From contig BQFW01000006.1 of assembly GCA_020891255.1 (NCBI GenBank), positions 124,001 through 188,000 of the forward strand: 64,000 bases of DNA. Reading direction: 5' to 3'. Positions within the stretch are counted from its first letter, which is position 1. Every line of letters starts with the position of its first letter. This DNA is from Entomortierella parvispora E1425 (lineage: Eukaryota > Fungi > Mortierellomycota). Position numbers and translations under genes: made by a program. The notes beneath the pieces were generated by a model. That model had not been told where the DNA came from and did not search any database. It was given only the letters and a program-made list of their open reading frames with translations. This document shows positions 50,414 through 63,446 of the stretch, in pieces.

Positions 50414-51942
50414 ATGTCAGCACACGACCACCAACAGCAGCAGCTGAAGCAACAGCAGCAGCAAATGCGTGTCAACGATATCCACGACGAGGAAGAAGAG
50501 GAGGAGGAAGAGGAGGAAGAGGAAGAGAATGAGCAGCTCCAAGGGGAATATGCAGGCGAAGATTACTACGGTAAATATTTTCCCTCCTTTGACTTCAGCA
50601 CTCTGCGCTTGTTTTGGGGGCCCCCATTGCATGCATGCATTGCAGACAGGCGATCTCTTTGTTTATTGGAACCTTGTGCCCGTCTTTTCTTCTGACTCAT
50701 TACTGACGTTTTTTCTTCTTTGCCCGCCTGGCCTTCATATATAGGTTCAGATGTATCGAATGATTCAGGGACCGAGTCTATGCCATGGATCGCCTGGTTC
50801 TGCTCGCTGGGAGGACATCAGTACTTTGCCGAGGTCGCGGATGACTTTGTTGAGGATGACTTTAACTTGACAGGACTCAACTCGATCGTACCATTCTACA
50901 AGGAGGCGCTGGAAATGATTCTGGACCTGGAACCTGGTAAGATACCGACCTTATTCCATGGGGCGACATGTTGCCAGTCTAGACCCTTTCTTGCTCCCAA
51001 GGGTCTTCATTTTTTGCGTTTGTTTGTTTTTTGACGTCTCGGAATCCCAATTAACTCACAATCGATTGGTGGTTTAATAGAAGAGGACAGCACAAAGGTA
51101 CCCGACGTATCCATTGTGGAGGCTTCGGCTGAGCAGCTCTACGGATTGATTCATCAGCGCTTCATTGTAACGCGGCAAGGTCTGCAGCAAATGGTAAGGG
51201 TGGTTTTTTGTTGTCTTTTTTGTTTGCTTGCGTAATGAACCAGGAAATATGAAAGGGAGAGGAAAAGACTGCGCCATACCGCCATTTTTCCTTACAGCAT
51301 TGGGAACATTGAAAGAAAGAAAAAAAGGACTCATCAATTGCTATCTTTCTTTTTGGGCATTGACAGGCAGACAAATATCAGGCAGGACATTTTGGAAGCT
51401 GCCCACGTACCTATTGTCAGTCAACAAATGTGGTGCCCTGCGGTCGCTATGACCTTCCTGGCGTGGAGACCGTCAAACTGTATTGCCCCAACTGTCAAGA
51501 TATTTACTCGCCACCTAGCTCAAGATTCCATAACCTGGATGGTATGTGCGATTTTCTTTGGACGACGTGTTGTCTCTGGCATTTTGCATTTGAAGAAAAG
51601 GAGGCAACTCTTTTTTTTTTTTTTTTTTTTTTTTGATTTCGTTCTTTTTTTTTTTTTTTTTTGCTGACAATCTCTTGCCCCCCTGCCCCTTCTCCTCCCC
51701 TCTCCTTCCCCCTTCTTCTAGGTGCCTACTTTGGAACGACGTTCGCACATATGCTCTTCCATATCTACCCCGAGCTCGTGCCCAATATCCCCAACAAAAT
51801 CTATGCTCCCGCCATCTATGGATTCAAAATCTCAGAATACAGTCGCTGTGGACCTCGCATGCAGTGGCTCCGGAACAAGCAGGACCCTAACCTGTTGGAT
51901 GTGACAGGAAAACTAATCAAGGATGATGAAAACGCAAAGTAG
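50414..51942 (+). CDS. CKB1: Casein kinase II regulatory beta subunit
   Basis: WIAWFCSL, DDFNLTGL, LYGLIHQRFI, CPRTYC...YCPNC zinc finger and GAYFGTTF. Confidence 0.96.
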
Positions 51943-52722
51943 TGGAATTTTTCTCTCAGTTTGCCCATAAACGAAAGAACCAAAAAAAAAAGAAAGAAAG
52001 AAAAGAAAGAAGAAAACTGTATGCCGCCCACTACCGACCACTCATCTGATTCAGCCAACTCACTACGCCACTATCGATAGCCAATTCTCGTCTGGCTCAG
52101 CGGCTAACCCACCATTGCTCGCACACCACCACCCGTGTCCCTTTTTTATTTTAATACACTTGTTTTTTATTGTCATGTATGCAAAAAGAAATAACGGTTG
52201 CTTCTCTCTTTATATCCCGCCTCCATTTCTACGACTTCTTCGGCTCATTCCCTCCCTCCCACCCTCCAGCGGCACATTTTCTTTCCCTTCAAATCACTCT
52301 GTACCTTCCCATGTCAGACTGTGATTCGGGAAAGCGCCTTCTTTTTTTTTTTCTTGTTCTTTTCTTTCGCTCTCTTTTAGTCCTCGCTCGCAAGAGTTTG
52401 GGGATGAGGGGAGAATGAGAGGGATGGAAGGAGAAAGGAAGAAGGCGTGGATGATGTGCCAAGATCAAACCACAAAATGAAAGAGTTTCGTGTTGATCAC
52501 AAATCTCCCATTTTTGACTGCACACAGGGCCATAACCGCGACAAGGCACTTGCGGTGAGAGAAAATCAGGGGCTTCAAAACCTCGGATTTCTCCGTAATG
52601 GCAGTATTGCGGCCTCAGACATTTCTTTTTCTTTTTTGTTTTTTGTTTTCATTTTCTTTACTTTTTGAGATATCTGGAAGGAGAGGAACAGGGCAGTAGG
52701 CAGATTAGATCGATTTTGGACT

Positions 52723-54425
52723 TTACAACTCCTTCTTGACAAGGCTCTTGCCAAACTTCTTGACTTTGTAGTTGAACTCCCAGAGGACTTGTGTTGCAGC
52801 AAACTGGAGAAAATACGAGGTATTAGAGTCAAATGAATAAAACCATACCATCCAACTGTCACAATCTGGACATAGAAAAGGGTACTTACAGGAGCCACAA
52901 GACTGAGGACATAGTCCCACCCAATGTTCGCCGAGGGGGTCACACCCTTGGCCGCGACGCGCAAAAAGTTGGTATCAAAGTCGGTGGTGACAGCAAAGTG
53001 ACCCTTGCGAAGACCAGCCATTAAACCCTTGGCAGCCTCCTCAGGAGTCAGTCCATGGCTGCCCTCAATCTGTCGCGTGACCAAGGGCTTGGTCAAGTTC
53101 TCAGTCTCATATCCAGGAGTAAACATGGTGCCGGCGTAGTAGATATGGGTCGAGATGCCATAGAGCAAAAACTCGTTGCGGAGTGACTCTGCCAATCCTC
53201 GGAGCGCAAATTTCGTGGGCGAATAGCTGCTGTAGCCTGCAAATCCAATGAGTCCCATAGTCGAGCTCACCATCACAATCTTGCCCTTCACTCCTGCAGA
53301 GACCATACGCTTGGCACCCTCCTATGATTGATATTTCCAAACAGACGGTACGAAAACATTAGCATGGAGGGCGTGGGAATCTGATACATTAAAGAATATG
53401 CCTATATTATGACAAAAACAAAAACACTTACGTGAATCGTGTAAAGGGATCCAAAATAGTTGAGCTTCATCTGAACCTCGAAATCCTCGACCTCATTCTC
53501 GATAAACAGCTTTGGGATTGAAATTCCTAATTATTTTATAAACATGAAAGGGTAGAGAGCATTAGCTTCGAAAACAAGGATATCCAGGGTCCAAGTGTGG
53601 CAGTACGTTCCTGCCATTTTGTAGTCGTCCTGCTTCAGTTCTCTTCCTCACTTACCAGCACAAGTAATGATGACCTCGGGGACACGTCCTCCGAAATTAG
53701 CTGCAGCCTCACCCAGAGCTCGAGCTGCCTGCTCCTTGTCAGTGACATCGGCACTGATCCAATGAAACTTTTGATCAGGAGCATCCTTGCGACTAGCAGC
53801 AGCCTGCTAAAAGTAAAAGCCGGCAAGGCAGTGCGGACAAAAAAGGGGGGGCAGAGACATTACAGGTGAGTGACGGTGTCCTTCACGCAGGTGCCTTTGG
53901 GACCAGGACGCGTTTGAAAAAATCCAGATGTCCATGATTACCTTCATGAGCTCAACGGTCTCCTTAAGAGGTCCCTCCTTACGCGCCACAATCGTGACAT
54001 GAGCTCCCTGCTTTGCCAAATCAATAGCCACAGCCCGGCCTAATCCTGTGCTGCCTCCTGTCAGGTATACATGCTAAAAAATGGCGAAGGGCGAAGTAAA
54101 AAAAAACAATTATGAATAATCGATAAGCACAGAACTCAAAAGGGACAGAAATCCAAGAAGAGACGACCGCGGCTTTGACCCCGCTTCCCCTCACACAATG
54201 AATGCGAGTAGCAGAGGGTCGCAGAAAAGCCAGGATGACAGACAGACACCAAAACAATACCTTGCCCTTGGGGTTGAACTGGCTTCCTCTGATGAGGTTG
54301 TATGCAGGAGTGATGCCGAGCGAGGCAACCAAGGCCAAGAACAGGTTCGCGCAGATGGACTCAAAGACGGTGAATTGGGGGCGGTTGGTCAGGGACCACA
54401 GCAAATCAGCAGGAGACCAGACCAT
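52723..54425 (-). CDS. TSC10: 3-ketodihydrosphingosine reductase (SDR family)
   Basis: TGGSTGLG, VARKEGPL, NYFGS, YSSYSPTKFALRGLAESLR and TPGYETEN, with an N-terminal TM. Confidence 0.9.
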
Positions 54426-54619
54426 GATGTAATGAGAGTTGGGATGCAATGAAGCGGTTAATGGTGCCGAAGCGGAACTGATGGACCAGAGGAGAGTAAG
54501 AAAAAACCTCGACTAAATGATGGTCACGTGCATTGACGCGTGGGAGTGTTGCGTACGGGGGCAGGCTTGAGGGGCGCTGTGCGGGATATGGCAATCCTAG
54601 GTGACGAGTGAGAATCAGA

Positions 54620-54771
54620 CTAAGTGTCGCCGTGCTGGCCTCTGTCAGTATCGATCAATGTGGAATAAGACGGATCATGTATTGATAATAATAAATAATG
54701 AGAGGGCTGCTCTACCTAAGTGTCGCCGTGCTGGCCTCTGTCAGTATCGATCAATGTGGAATAAGACGGAT
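54620..54771. repeat. Perfect 56-bp direct repeat (54620-54675, 54716-54771)
   Basis: CTAAGTGTCGCC...AAGACGGAT occurs twice, 40 bp apart. Confidence 0.95.
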
Positions 54772-55013
54772 AAAGAGCAGAGGGCCACGCCGTGCGAGCA
54801 ACTACATATAGTGGTTCTACTTAAGGGTGTATCGTACCGACCTGGCCATCAACAGGAGAAAAGAAAAGTGCGCGCTCACCTGCCATGGCGCGTCTTGTTC
54901 TTTTTCCCTTTTATCTTCAGTCAACAACAAAATCATCATCTTACTCCTGCCTTTCAGTCCACACCTGTTCCTCCACCTTAGTTCCGCCATTGCTTGTTTA
55001 TTGGTAAAACGTA

Positions 55014-55700
55014 CTACTTGTAGTAGTTTAGATCCACTGATGCACCACAGCTCTTCGTTGAACCCGCGTATTGTTTGATTGTCGGTTTAGTCCATCCTCC
55101 AAATGGAGTGAAATCTGAAAAACTTGCACTGTTGTCATAGTGTGCATACCAGAGGGGCACAGAACTGTCAAGGACCCAATTTGCGTCACCGAAGACGTTC
55201 TGCCATTGTGAACGCGATGCATAGACACCCCAGGCATGACCGGTGGACTTGAAAGCGTCCCTGAAGGCCACAGCAGTGTTCTTGTTGCCAGCAACTTGAG
55301 GCCAATTTTTCGACTCAGGGTCGACCTCAATATCGAGCCAAATACGTCCAATATTCATCTTGTGTGTATTAATCGTATTTATGACCTCTTGAATTTGTGT
55401 CTTGGCCGGTTTGCAGGTCGATCGACCCGTACAGGGGAAAATGTAGACATCGATGTCAGTCAATCCTACGGCGATGGCGTTGCGATAGTTGGAGACAAAG
55501 CTTGGGTCGATGGCACCGCCGGGATGACCGCCCCAAGCTTCAAAGTAACTGCGAATGACAACCCCGCCATAGCCCTCTCTCTTGAGACAGGCCAAGGCGG
55601 TTGTGGATGTCAAAGAGGAAATGTCAAAGCCATGTGTGGCATCGACGACATTCTTCAGCAAAAACATCCACGATAGGGCCAAAACCGTCACTGTTCTCAT
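55014..55700 (-). CDS. Secreted GH25 lysozyme (protist/nematode-type), intronless
   Basis: Signal peptide, GFDIS, DVYIFPC, WLDIE (DxE), FGGWTKPTIKQY and VDLNY. Confidence 0.92.
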   Translation of the reverse strand: MRTVTVLALSWMFLLKNVVDATHGFDISSLTSTTALACLKREGYGGVVIRSYFEAWGGHPGGAIDPSFVSNYRNAIAVGLTDIDVYIFPCTGRSTCKPAKTQIQEVINTINTHKMNIGRIWLDIEVDPESKNWPQVAGNKNTAVAFRDAFKSTGHAWGVYASRSQWQNVFGDANWVLDSSVPLWYAHYDNSASFSDFTPFGGWTKPTIKQYAGSTKSCGASVDLNYYK

Positions 55701-56929
55701 GTTCTATTTAAATAGTTATTCGTAAAAACAAACAGGCTAGTTGAGGACGAGCACAATGATACACATACTCACTCCCATACAGAAAACACAGAGGGATGCG
55801 CCAGTTAGCGAGACCTTGACCACGTATTTATTTATTTTTTTACCTCGTTTCTAGGAATGCAGGTTTCTGATGTGGAAGGAGAACACGGAAATTTACCGTT
55901 CGTTGGTGGTGAAGAGGGCGACTATGATGACAACACGCAAAAAGGATGCACGATTGACAGTTTATGAAGAATCGTACTATGATGGCACCAAGTGAAAAAT
56001 CGAGCAAGGTGTGACGCTTCACCTTGTATGATTGAGGTAAAAGGTGTCGAGGATGGAGAGTGTGGGAACAAGGAAAAAGGAAGAAGAGAGGGACGATGAG
56101 AGGTTTTTAATTAGTGGGAATCCTTCTGGAAACTGTTGGGAGGCTAAAAAAAAGAGAAAAAAGGGGGGAGGGGTGCTGTACTTTGATTGCTCCCTTGAAG
56201 TCCTCATGAGATTTGGGGTGACTTGGAATCAGGCATCAGGGAGATAGAAAGAGGTGTTTTGATGCTTCCATGCCCGCACCACGGGTAGGGAAAAGTGGAG
56301 GTGTGGAAGAGGGATAGCAAGGGGAAACCCTTGTGCAAAAGAACCCACGAATAACTGGCAGTCACGTGATAACACGCGACGCTCGGAAAGATTCCTTGAA
56401 TAAAACTTTATCCCAGCACGCCTTCACAGCGCCATGCATTCCAGCATGCATTCCTGCATTCATTCTCTGAACCATACCTCTGTTTTCAGTCGTCGCTGTC
56501 GCTGCTGTTGCCCTTCCTATTAGCTGGGCGACTCACAGCAACAAGGGAAAAACAACCCCTGGCGATGTTGGCCTGGACAAACAAAAGGAAAATCAAGGGT
56601 CTGCATGCGTTGCACCCGTGTCCGACTCTCCCACAGGCATGGGAAGAAAAACGACGGGAAAAGGGTGAGGCTGCCTCCCTTTTCTCTTTCTTGTTCTCCT
56701 CCACTCCCAACGTTGTTCACCTCAACCGCCACAACCTCCTTCTCGTTCGGTGCCAGTCTGTCCGATCTGTCTGTCCTCACCGTCTTAGGATCTCATACAA
56801 GTTGATCAGCAGACCATCGCCATCGTATTACTCTCAAGGTGCCGCCACCACTGTCAGACATTATGCAAGTTCTACAGTTAGGAGTATTGTCTGATCAACA
56901 ACTGCTATCTACTTTGCAACAGGGTCGAT

Positions 56930-59900
56930 ATGCCGCTTTCAGCGCAAGATGCGTTGAGGCAGGCAAAAACCGAAATCGAATATGCTCGAAAAAGTCGAAG
57001 CTCTAGACTCATAATCATCAAGCACTATCGTTCGACCAAGAAAATCCTTGATGAAGTTGACGTCGCTAGAGCGGACGCTGGCACTTTGAGGGAGATGATT
57101 ACTGCTTTCTTGGACTTCACTGCAATACTCGATCACTTGGGAGATAACCAGAGGGCTGACAAGTGCAGGCGGAGAGCGGATGCTCTGAGGTAGGCTAGCC
57201 CCTCTTGTTTTACTGTAGTGGGTGATCCATGCAGAGCTCGCCGTAACCGTTCAATGATGTTACTCTAGGCTAAAACTTGACAGGAAAATGAGGATCCTCG
57301 CAGCTACTATCTATCTTTGGTAGGGCCAGGCTTCTCTCAGGCAATCGTACAAGCAGGAATTGCTTATTGGAGCTCCTTAGCATCTTCAAGCAGAATCGTA
57401 GCCCTTGTAGCTGCTACCAGCACTTCCACCGAGTCCGTCATCAACACTGTTTCCGCCTCTCGACAGCCGACCCCCCCTCCCGCTGGACAGCCGACGCTGC
57501 TCCCACTCCAAGCAGCCAGCTCTCTCTCGGCGGCCGGTAGTACCTCAGCGACTTCACCACTCTTCAGTACAAATGTGAACCCCGTTCCTTTTGTTTGCCG
57601 GTTGCCTGAGCTGGGTGAACCATTTCAAACCACTATCCAGCTCGCCTATGGCCTCGCAGTGGTTCACCCTTCCGTTCAAGAGAATGATCTCTCTCCGGAA
57701 GCTCTTCAATGGCGACACAGCACTTTGAATAATCGGGATGAGAAGGGCCGCTTGGAGACTATCTCTCTTCGAGTAATCGAGGCATTTGCTAAGGATACCA
57801 TGAAGGATGCGAATGCGGTGGCTGAGGTAGTCCAGTTGACGCCTGTGATCAATAAGGACCACTCTAGGTTTCTTCTCAAGGTCCTCATCGACACTATTAA
57901 CCAGTCAGAGATTCTGCATTTGCACTCGTTGGAGGGACTGGCCAAGGCGATAAAAGGAGCTGCCTCAGGATCCATCGACTCGGACGACCTTCTGGCTATT
58001 CTTCGATCCCTTCACAAGCGACTCCGATCTACTCACTCAGCAAGTCAGCACAACCAGCTCTTGTTGATTGCAGTTTCACGTGTTCTGGACGCGATGGCAG
58101 ATGCACACATCGGAGACGTCGACCGCATTGACCTCCATGAACCATTGAAGGATTTTCTTCAGGAATCAGAGTCAGTAGAGAATCCGTACATGGCCTTCCA
58201 GATCCAGTATGCCATGCAGGCACTGATAAATGTGTCAGACGATGAGAGTATTTGGCATGCAGGGTTCAGACGAGTATGGCTCGTACTGAAAGGTGGCGCG
58301 GGACTCGCCAAAATCGCTGATCCCACAGAGATAAAGGACACACTCGAGGGTCTGGAGACACTTTATGAAGCCGGCAAGGGAGGAATCAGGTTTTTCAAGG
58401 ACGCTTTGAAGGCAATCAAGGATCGCGAAAATCCCACATTCACAGTGAAGGAGGGTCTAAAATTTAAACGAGCCTGGTACCGCGCCGTTCGTATTGCAGA
58501 ATCATACTTACAAAGCGGCAGGCTTATTCAATTCGAGGCCTTGGTCACGACAGCGCCATGCCGACATCAGCTGATGTTCCAGTGGGGAATATGTCAGTTG
58601 CTTGAACAGTTCATAGCCGACCCCCAGTGGGACTTGGAGGCACGTAAAGGCGCGGTTGAATTCCTTGGAGCTCTCTACAAGGACAACTCAATTTGGAAAC
58701 GGCACAAGGAGGTCAACCTGGTTATATTTGACGCGCTCACTAATATTGTATCCAACAACGAAGGTATATCAATCTCATACGCTATCCTTGGGACCATGTT
58801 TTCCAATCATCACTTCAGCTCTGATACTTTGCCTTCTCTTGATACTTATATAGCCGTCAAGTCCCTGCTGGAGGAGATGAGAAAACAAAATCCTGGGCTC
58901 AAACCATTCGCCAACGTACAGTCACCACCTTGGAACAATACCCGACCCGGAAACCCAACTGAACACGCTACCCCAACAATCACACTGCTGAAGGCTGTCC
59001 AGGAGAGAAACACTCGACATGCAAAACTGGAGAGCATGACAGAAGCCCCCACACGGCCTAGAGTGGATGACATCGACTCCGTTCTAAGGGCCTATCACGC
59101 ACCAGATCTCGTCATTCTCAGAGTTTCAAGAAACGAATTGGACCTTGAGACATGCTTTGTCAATCTTGCAATTGTTGTGGCCCCAGAGCATCGAAAAAAG
59201 GAAAAGGAGGATCTTAAAAAACGGGCCGCTGTCTTTCATCGGATTTCAAGTGTTGAAAAGGTAGAGAAACACAGATACGCAGGCATTGATCCCTCTGGAA
59301 GAACTTTTCGACGAACGCCTATTGCGAGATCGAAGGAAGGCCATCCCAAAAAGAATTTTGGTACAAGGACGAGCAGGCATTGGCAAAACAACACTGTGCA
59401 AGAAGCTGGTCCATGCACATCAGAATGGACTGTGGAGGGATATATTCGACAATGTAGTATGGATTCCATTGCGTCAACTCAGGGGACTTAGGAGTCGCAC
59501 TCTGGAAGGTCTGTTTTGCGAAAAAGTTTTCGTCGCTCAGAACCGTGAGGATCGTCAGGTGGCGCTGGCGCAAGCTCTTGTAATATCCGCTGAAAGTGGA
59601 AAGGTTCTGTTTATCTTGGACGGCCTGGATGAGATTGTGACAGATACAGAAGGCGCCGAGGCTAAGACCTTCAAATCATTCTTAAAGGCCCTGCTTGAGC
59701 AACAACATGTCGTAATTACGTCTAGGCCGTCTGGCGTGGACAGCAAACTATTGCCGCCAATCGATCTGGAACTGGAAACCATTGGATTCAGTCAGCAAAA
59801 TGTCAACGACTTTTTGGACAAGGTTCTTGAGCCTGACGCTTCGAAGACAGTCCAGGACTTTATCCAGCGAACCCCATTGATCCAAGGACTCGTCAACATT

Positions 59901-62900
59901 CCTGTGCAACTTGACGTGATCTGTTTTAGCTGGATCTCGCTTCCGACAGACAGTACGGCCGTCACCATGACAGGACTCTACCAACTGATGGTGCGGAAGC
60001 TGTGGTGCAAAGATGCACTTCGACTGAAAAAGACCATTGGCGGAAAGGCTCTGACGGAGCAACATGTAAACCGCTTTACACCGAGGAAGATCGATGGGTT
60101 GATGGCAACAGAACTGCAACATCTTGGGTATCTCGCATTCAAAGGGATGAAGAACAAACACCAAATTGAATTTGATGAGGACGCCCTTCTCTCTGCATTT
60201 GAGGATCTCGAGGACAATACAGAGGACAACCAACAAATTTCACCTCCTCAAGCTCTTGAGGACATGAAGCAAACATCATTTTTGCATACAGCAGATGTGG
60301 GCGTAGGAGGAAACGGCGATCCTCAACAGGCCTGGTATTTTTTGCATCTGACGTTTCAGGAGTATTTCGCGGCAACATGGATAGTCCGCCACTTCAACCA
60401 TAGGCAAATACACTCCAAAGCCGGGATGATGACCAAGGACCAAGCAACAGAATTTGTTCACCAAAACAAATACAACCCTCAATACGAGATTGTGTGGTCG
60501 ATGGTTGTAGGACTGTTGGAAGGCGAGCCGCTAGAAGACTTCTTTGGACTCTTTCAAGGAGAGCCGCGCGACTTGATCGGGGGTCGTCATCAGCAGATAC
60601 TGGCGTCCTGTTTGAATGAGGCGCGAACTCAACTGAATTCATCAGCCGTGGTGGATTTAGACACGGAGCTCAGGAACTGGCTGCGTTTTGAGATGCAAAC
60701 CTGTCAACATGAATACTACAGCAGAAGCATGCTCGGTAGTCAAATCGCATTCCCAGATGTCTCTCTGGTTGAAACATTGAGCTCCGTTCCCTCGTGGATG
60801 GCCACGCTCATACAAACATTGGAAGTTCGCTCAGTTTTGTCACAGTCCGCCGTCGACTTTCTCATCACAGCGCTCAAAAACGAAGATTACGATGTCAGAA
60901 ATTTAGCAGAATCGGAATTATGCAAACGAACCTCATTGAATGAGCCAGCCATCCAGTCCCTTATCGCTGCACTCATGGATGACGATTGGGGAGTTAGGTC
61001 CTCAGCAAAGTCGATACTAGGCAATCAATCTACATTGACAGAGTCAGCCATCGAGTCCCTCCTCGCTGTACTCAAGGATGACGACTGGGGAGTTAGATCA
61101 TCAGTACAGTCGGTATTTGGCAAGCAGTCTATGTTGTCGGGGCGAGCAGTCCAATCCTTCATTGCTGCACTCACGGATGACGATTGGAGAGTTAGGTCCT
61201 CGGCAGCGTCGGCACTAGGTAATCAATCTACATTGACAGAGTCAGTTATCCAGACCCTCATCTCTGCACTCGAGGATGAAGTGGAGGATGTCAGGTCTTC
61301 AGCAGCATCGATATTGTACAAGCAGTCTGTGTTGACGGAGCCAGCCATCTAATCGCTCATTGCAGCCCTCAAAGCCGACTACTGGAAGGTTAGGTCTTCA
61401 GCAGTATCAATACTGGGAACCCAGTCTACATTGAAAGGATCAGCTATCCAGTCCCTCATTGCTGCACTCAAGGATGAGAATGACGATGTGAGGTCTTCGG
61501 CGGCGTCGGCCTTAGGCAATCAGTCAACTTTGACGGACTCGGCCATCCAGTCCCTCGTTGCCGCACTCAACGATGAAAACTGGGGAGTTGGGTCATTAGC
61601 AGCATCCATCTTGGGCAAGCAGTCTACGTTGACAGAGCCAGCCATCCAATCGCTCATTGCTGCGCTCGCCAACGACAACTGGAAAGTCAGGTCCTCAGCA
61701 ATATCAATATTAGGAGCACAGGCTATAATGACATGGTTCAGCCATCCAGTCCCTCGTTGCTGCACTCAAGGATGACGACGAAGATGTCCGGGCCTCAGCA
61801 GTTTCAGCATTAGGCAACCAGTCTACGTTGACAGACTCATCCATCGAGATCATCACTGCTGCACTCAAGGATGATAACTGGAGAGTCAGGTCTTCAGCAG
61901 CGTCTACATTGGGCAAGCAATCCACGCTACAGGAATCAGCAATACAGTCACTCATTGCTACACTTAAGGATGGAGTTGTGGATGTTAGGTCTTTGGCAGC
62001 GTGACAGTAAGCAAGCAGTCCACTCTATCAGAATCAGCTGTTCGGTCCCTCATTGTGTTACTCAAGAACGACGACTGCAGGGTTCGATCATCAGCTGTAT
62101 TAATATTGGTCACACAGTCTACATTGACAGGACCCGTCATCAAGTCTCTCATTGCTGCACTCATGAATGACGGCTGGGGGGTAAGATCTTCAGCAGCGCT
62201 GGCATTGGGTAAACAGACTAGGCTTACGGACTCGGCCATTCGGTCCCTCAATGCTGCACTCAAATGTTGCCATTGGAAAGTCAGGTTTTCAGTGGCGACT
62301 GCTCTCGGCAACCGGTCCATGTTGACAGTACCCGTTATACAGTCTCTCTTCGCTGCAATCAAGGATGACGACTGGAGAGTTAGGTCTTCCGCACAATTGG
62401 CATTGGAAAAACAGTCCAAATTGACGGAATCGGCCATTCAGTCCCTCATTGTTGCACTCAAGGATGAGGCGGAGGATGTTAGGTCCTTAGCACAGTCGTT
62501 ATTAGCCAAGCAGTCGACGTTATCGGAATCGGCCATCCAGTCCCTCATTGCTGCACTCAAGGATGACGATTGGAGAGTGAGGTATTCGGTACAGTTGGTA
62601 TTGGAGAATCAATCTATGTTGTCGGAATCGGTTATCCAATCCCTCATCGGTGCACTCAAGGATGAAGTTCGGGAAGTTAGGTCTTCAGCAGCATCGATAT
62701 TAGGCAAGCAATCCATCTTGACGGAATCAGTCATTGGGTCCCTCACGGTTGCACTCGGGGACGACTATTGGAAAGTCAGGTCTTTAGCAGTTTCAATACT
62801 GGGTGCACAGCCTATGTGGACAGGATCAGTCCTTCAGTCTGTCGTGGCTGCACTCGAGGATGAGGATCAGGATGTGAGGTCTTCAGCAGCGTCGGCACTG

Positions 62901-63446
62901 GGCAAACAGTCGACGTTGCCAGAATCAGTCACCCAGTCGCTCATTTCCGCGCTCCAGGACGACCATTGGAAAATAAGGACTTCAGCACAATTGGCCTTAG
63001 AAAACCAGACAGCACTGACAGAGTCCGCCGTTCAGCGGCTCATTGCGGCACTCGAGCATGACGTTAAGGATGTCCACGTTGCAGCGGAAACGATAATAGC
63101 CAAACAATCCACGTTGACGAGATCAGTTATCCAGTCCCTCGTTGCGGCACTCAGACATGACGAACAGAGAGTCAGGGACTTGGCTTTCCATATTCTTCAG
63201 AGCCAATTCGCGTCGACGGGTCATGCACTTTTATATCTGACAGAAGAGGAGACTGCCTCTCAGTATGAGCGCCACCTCTTTAGTTATAGTTGTGGCCGTG
63301 TGTTGTCTTTCCAGGTACGGCCTAATGGACTGTATTTCTACACGGAGCAAGGTGCACTGCACGTAGAACTCAATGACCAAGAAAGACTGGATGTGATATC
63401 GTCGGCCTTTAGGTCTGTTCAGCAAAGGTTTGGGCTGATACCATAA
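56930..63446 (+). pseudogene. NLR-like protein 2: same architecture as NLR1 with 24 HEAT-like repeats; at least four ORF lesions
   Basis: GRAGIGKTT and LDGLDE are intact. Lesions: +1 nt at ~59268, TAA at 61350-61352, +1 nt at ~61734, -1 nt at ~62002. An upstream exon may be missing from this model. Confidence 0.88.
60835..63200 (+). repeat. 99-bp coding tandem repeats (24 HEAT-like units) of NLR2
   Basis: Units counted across the frameshifts; several are near-identical at DNA level. Confidence 0.9.
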
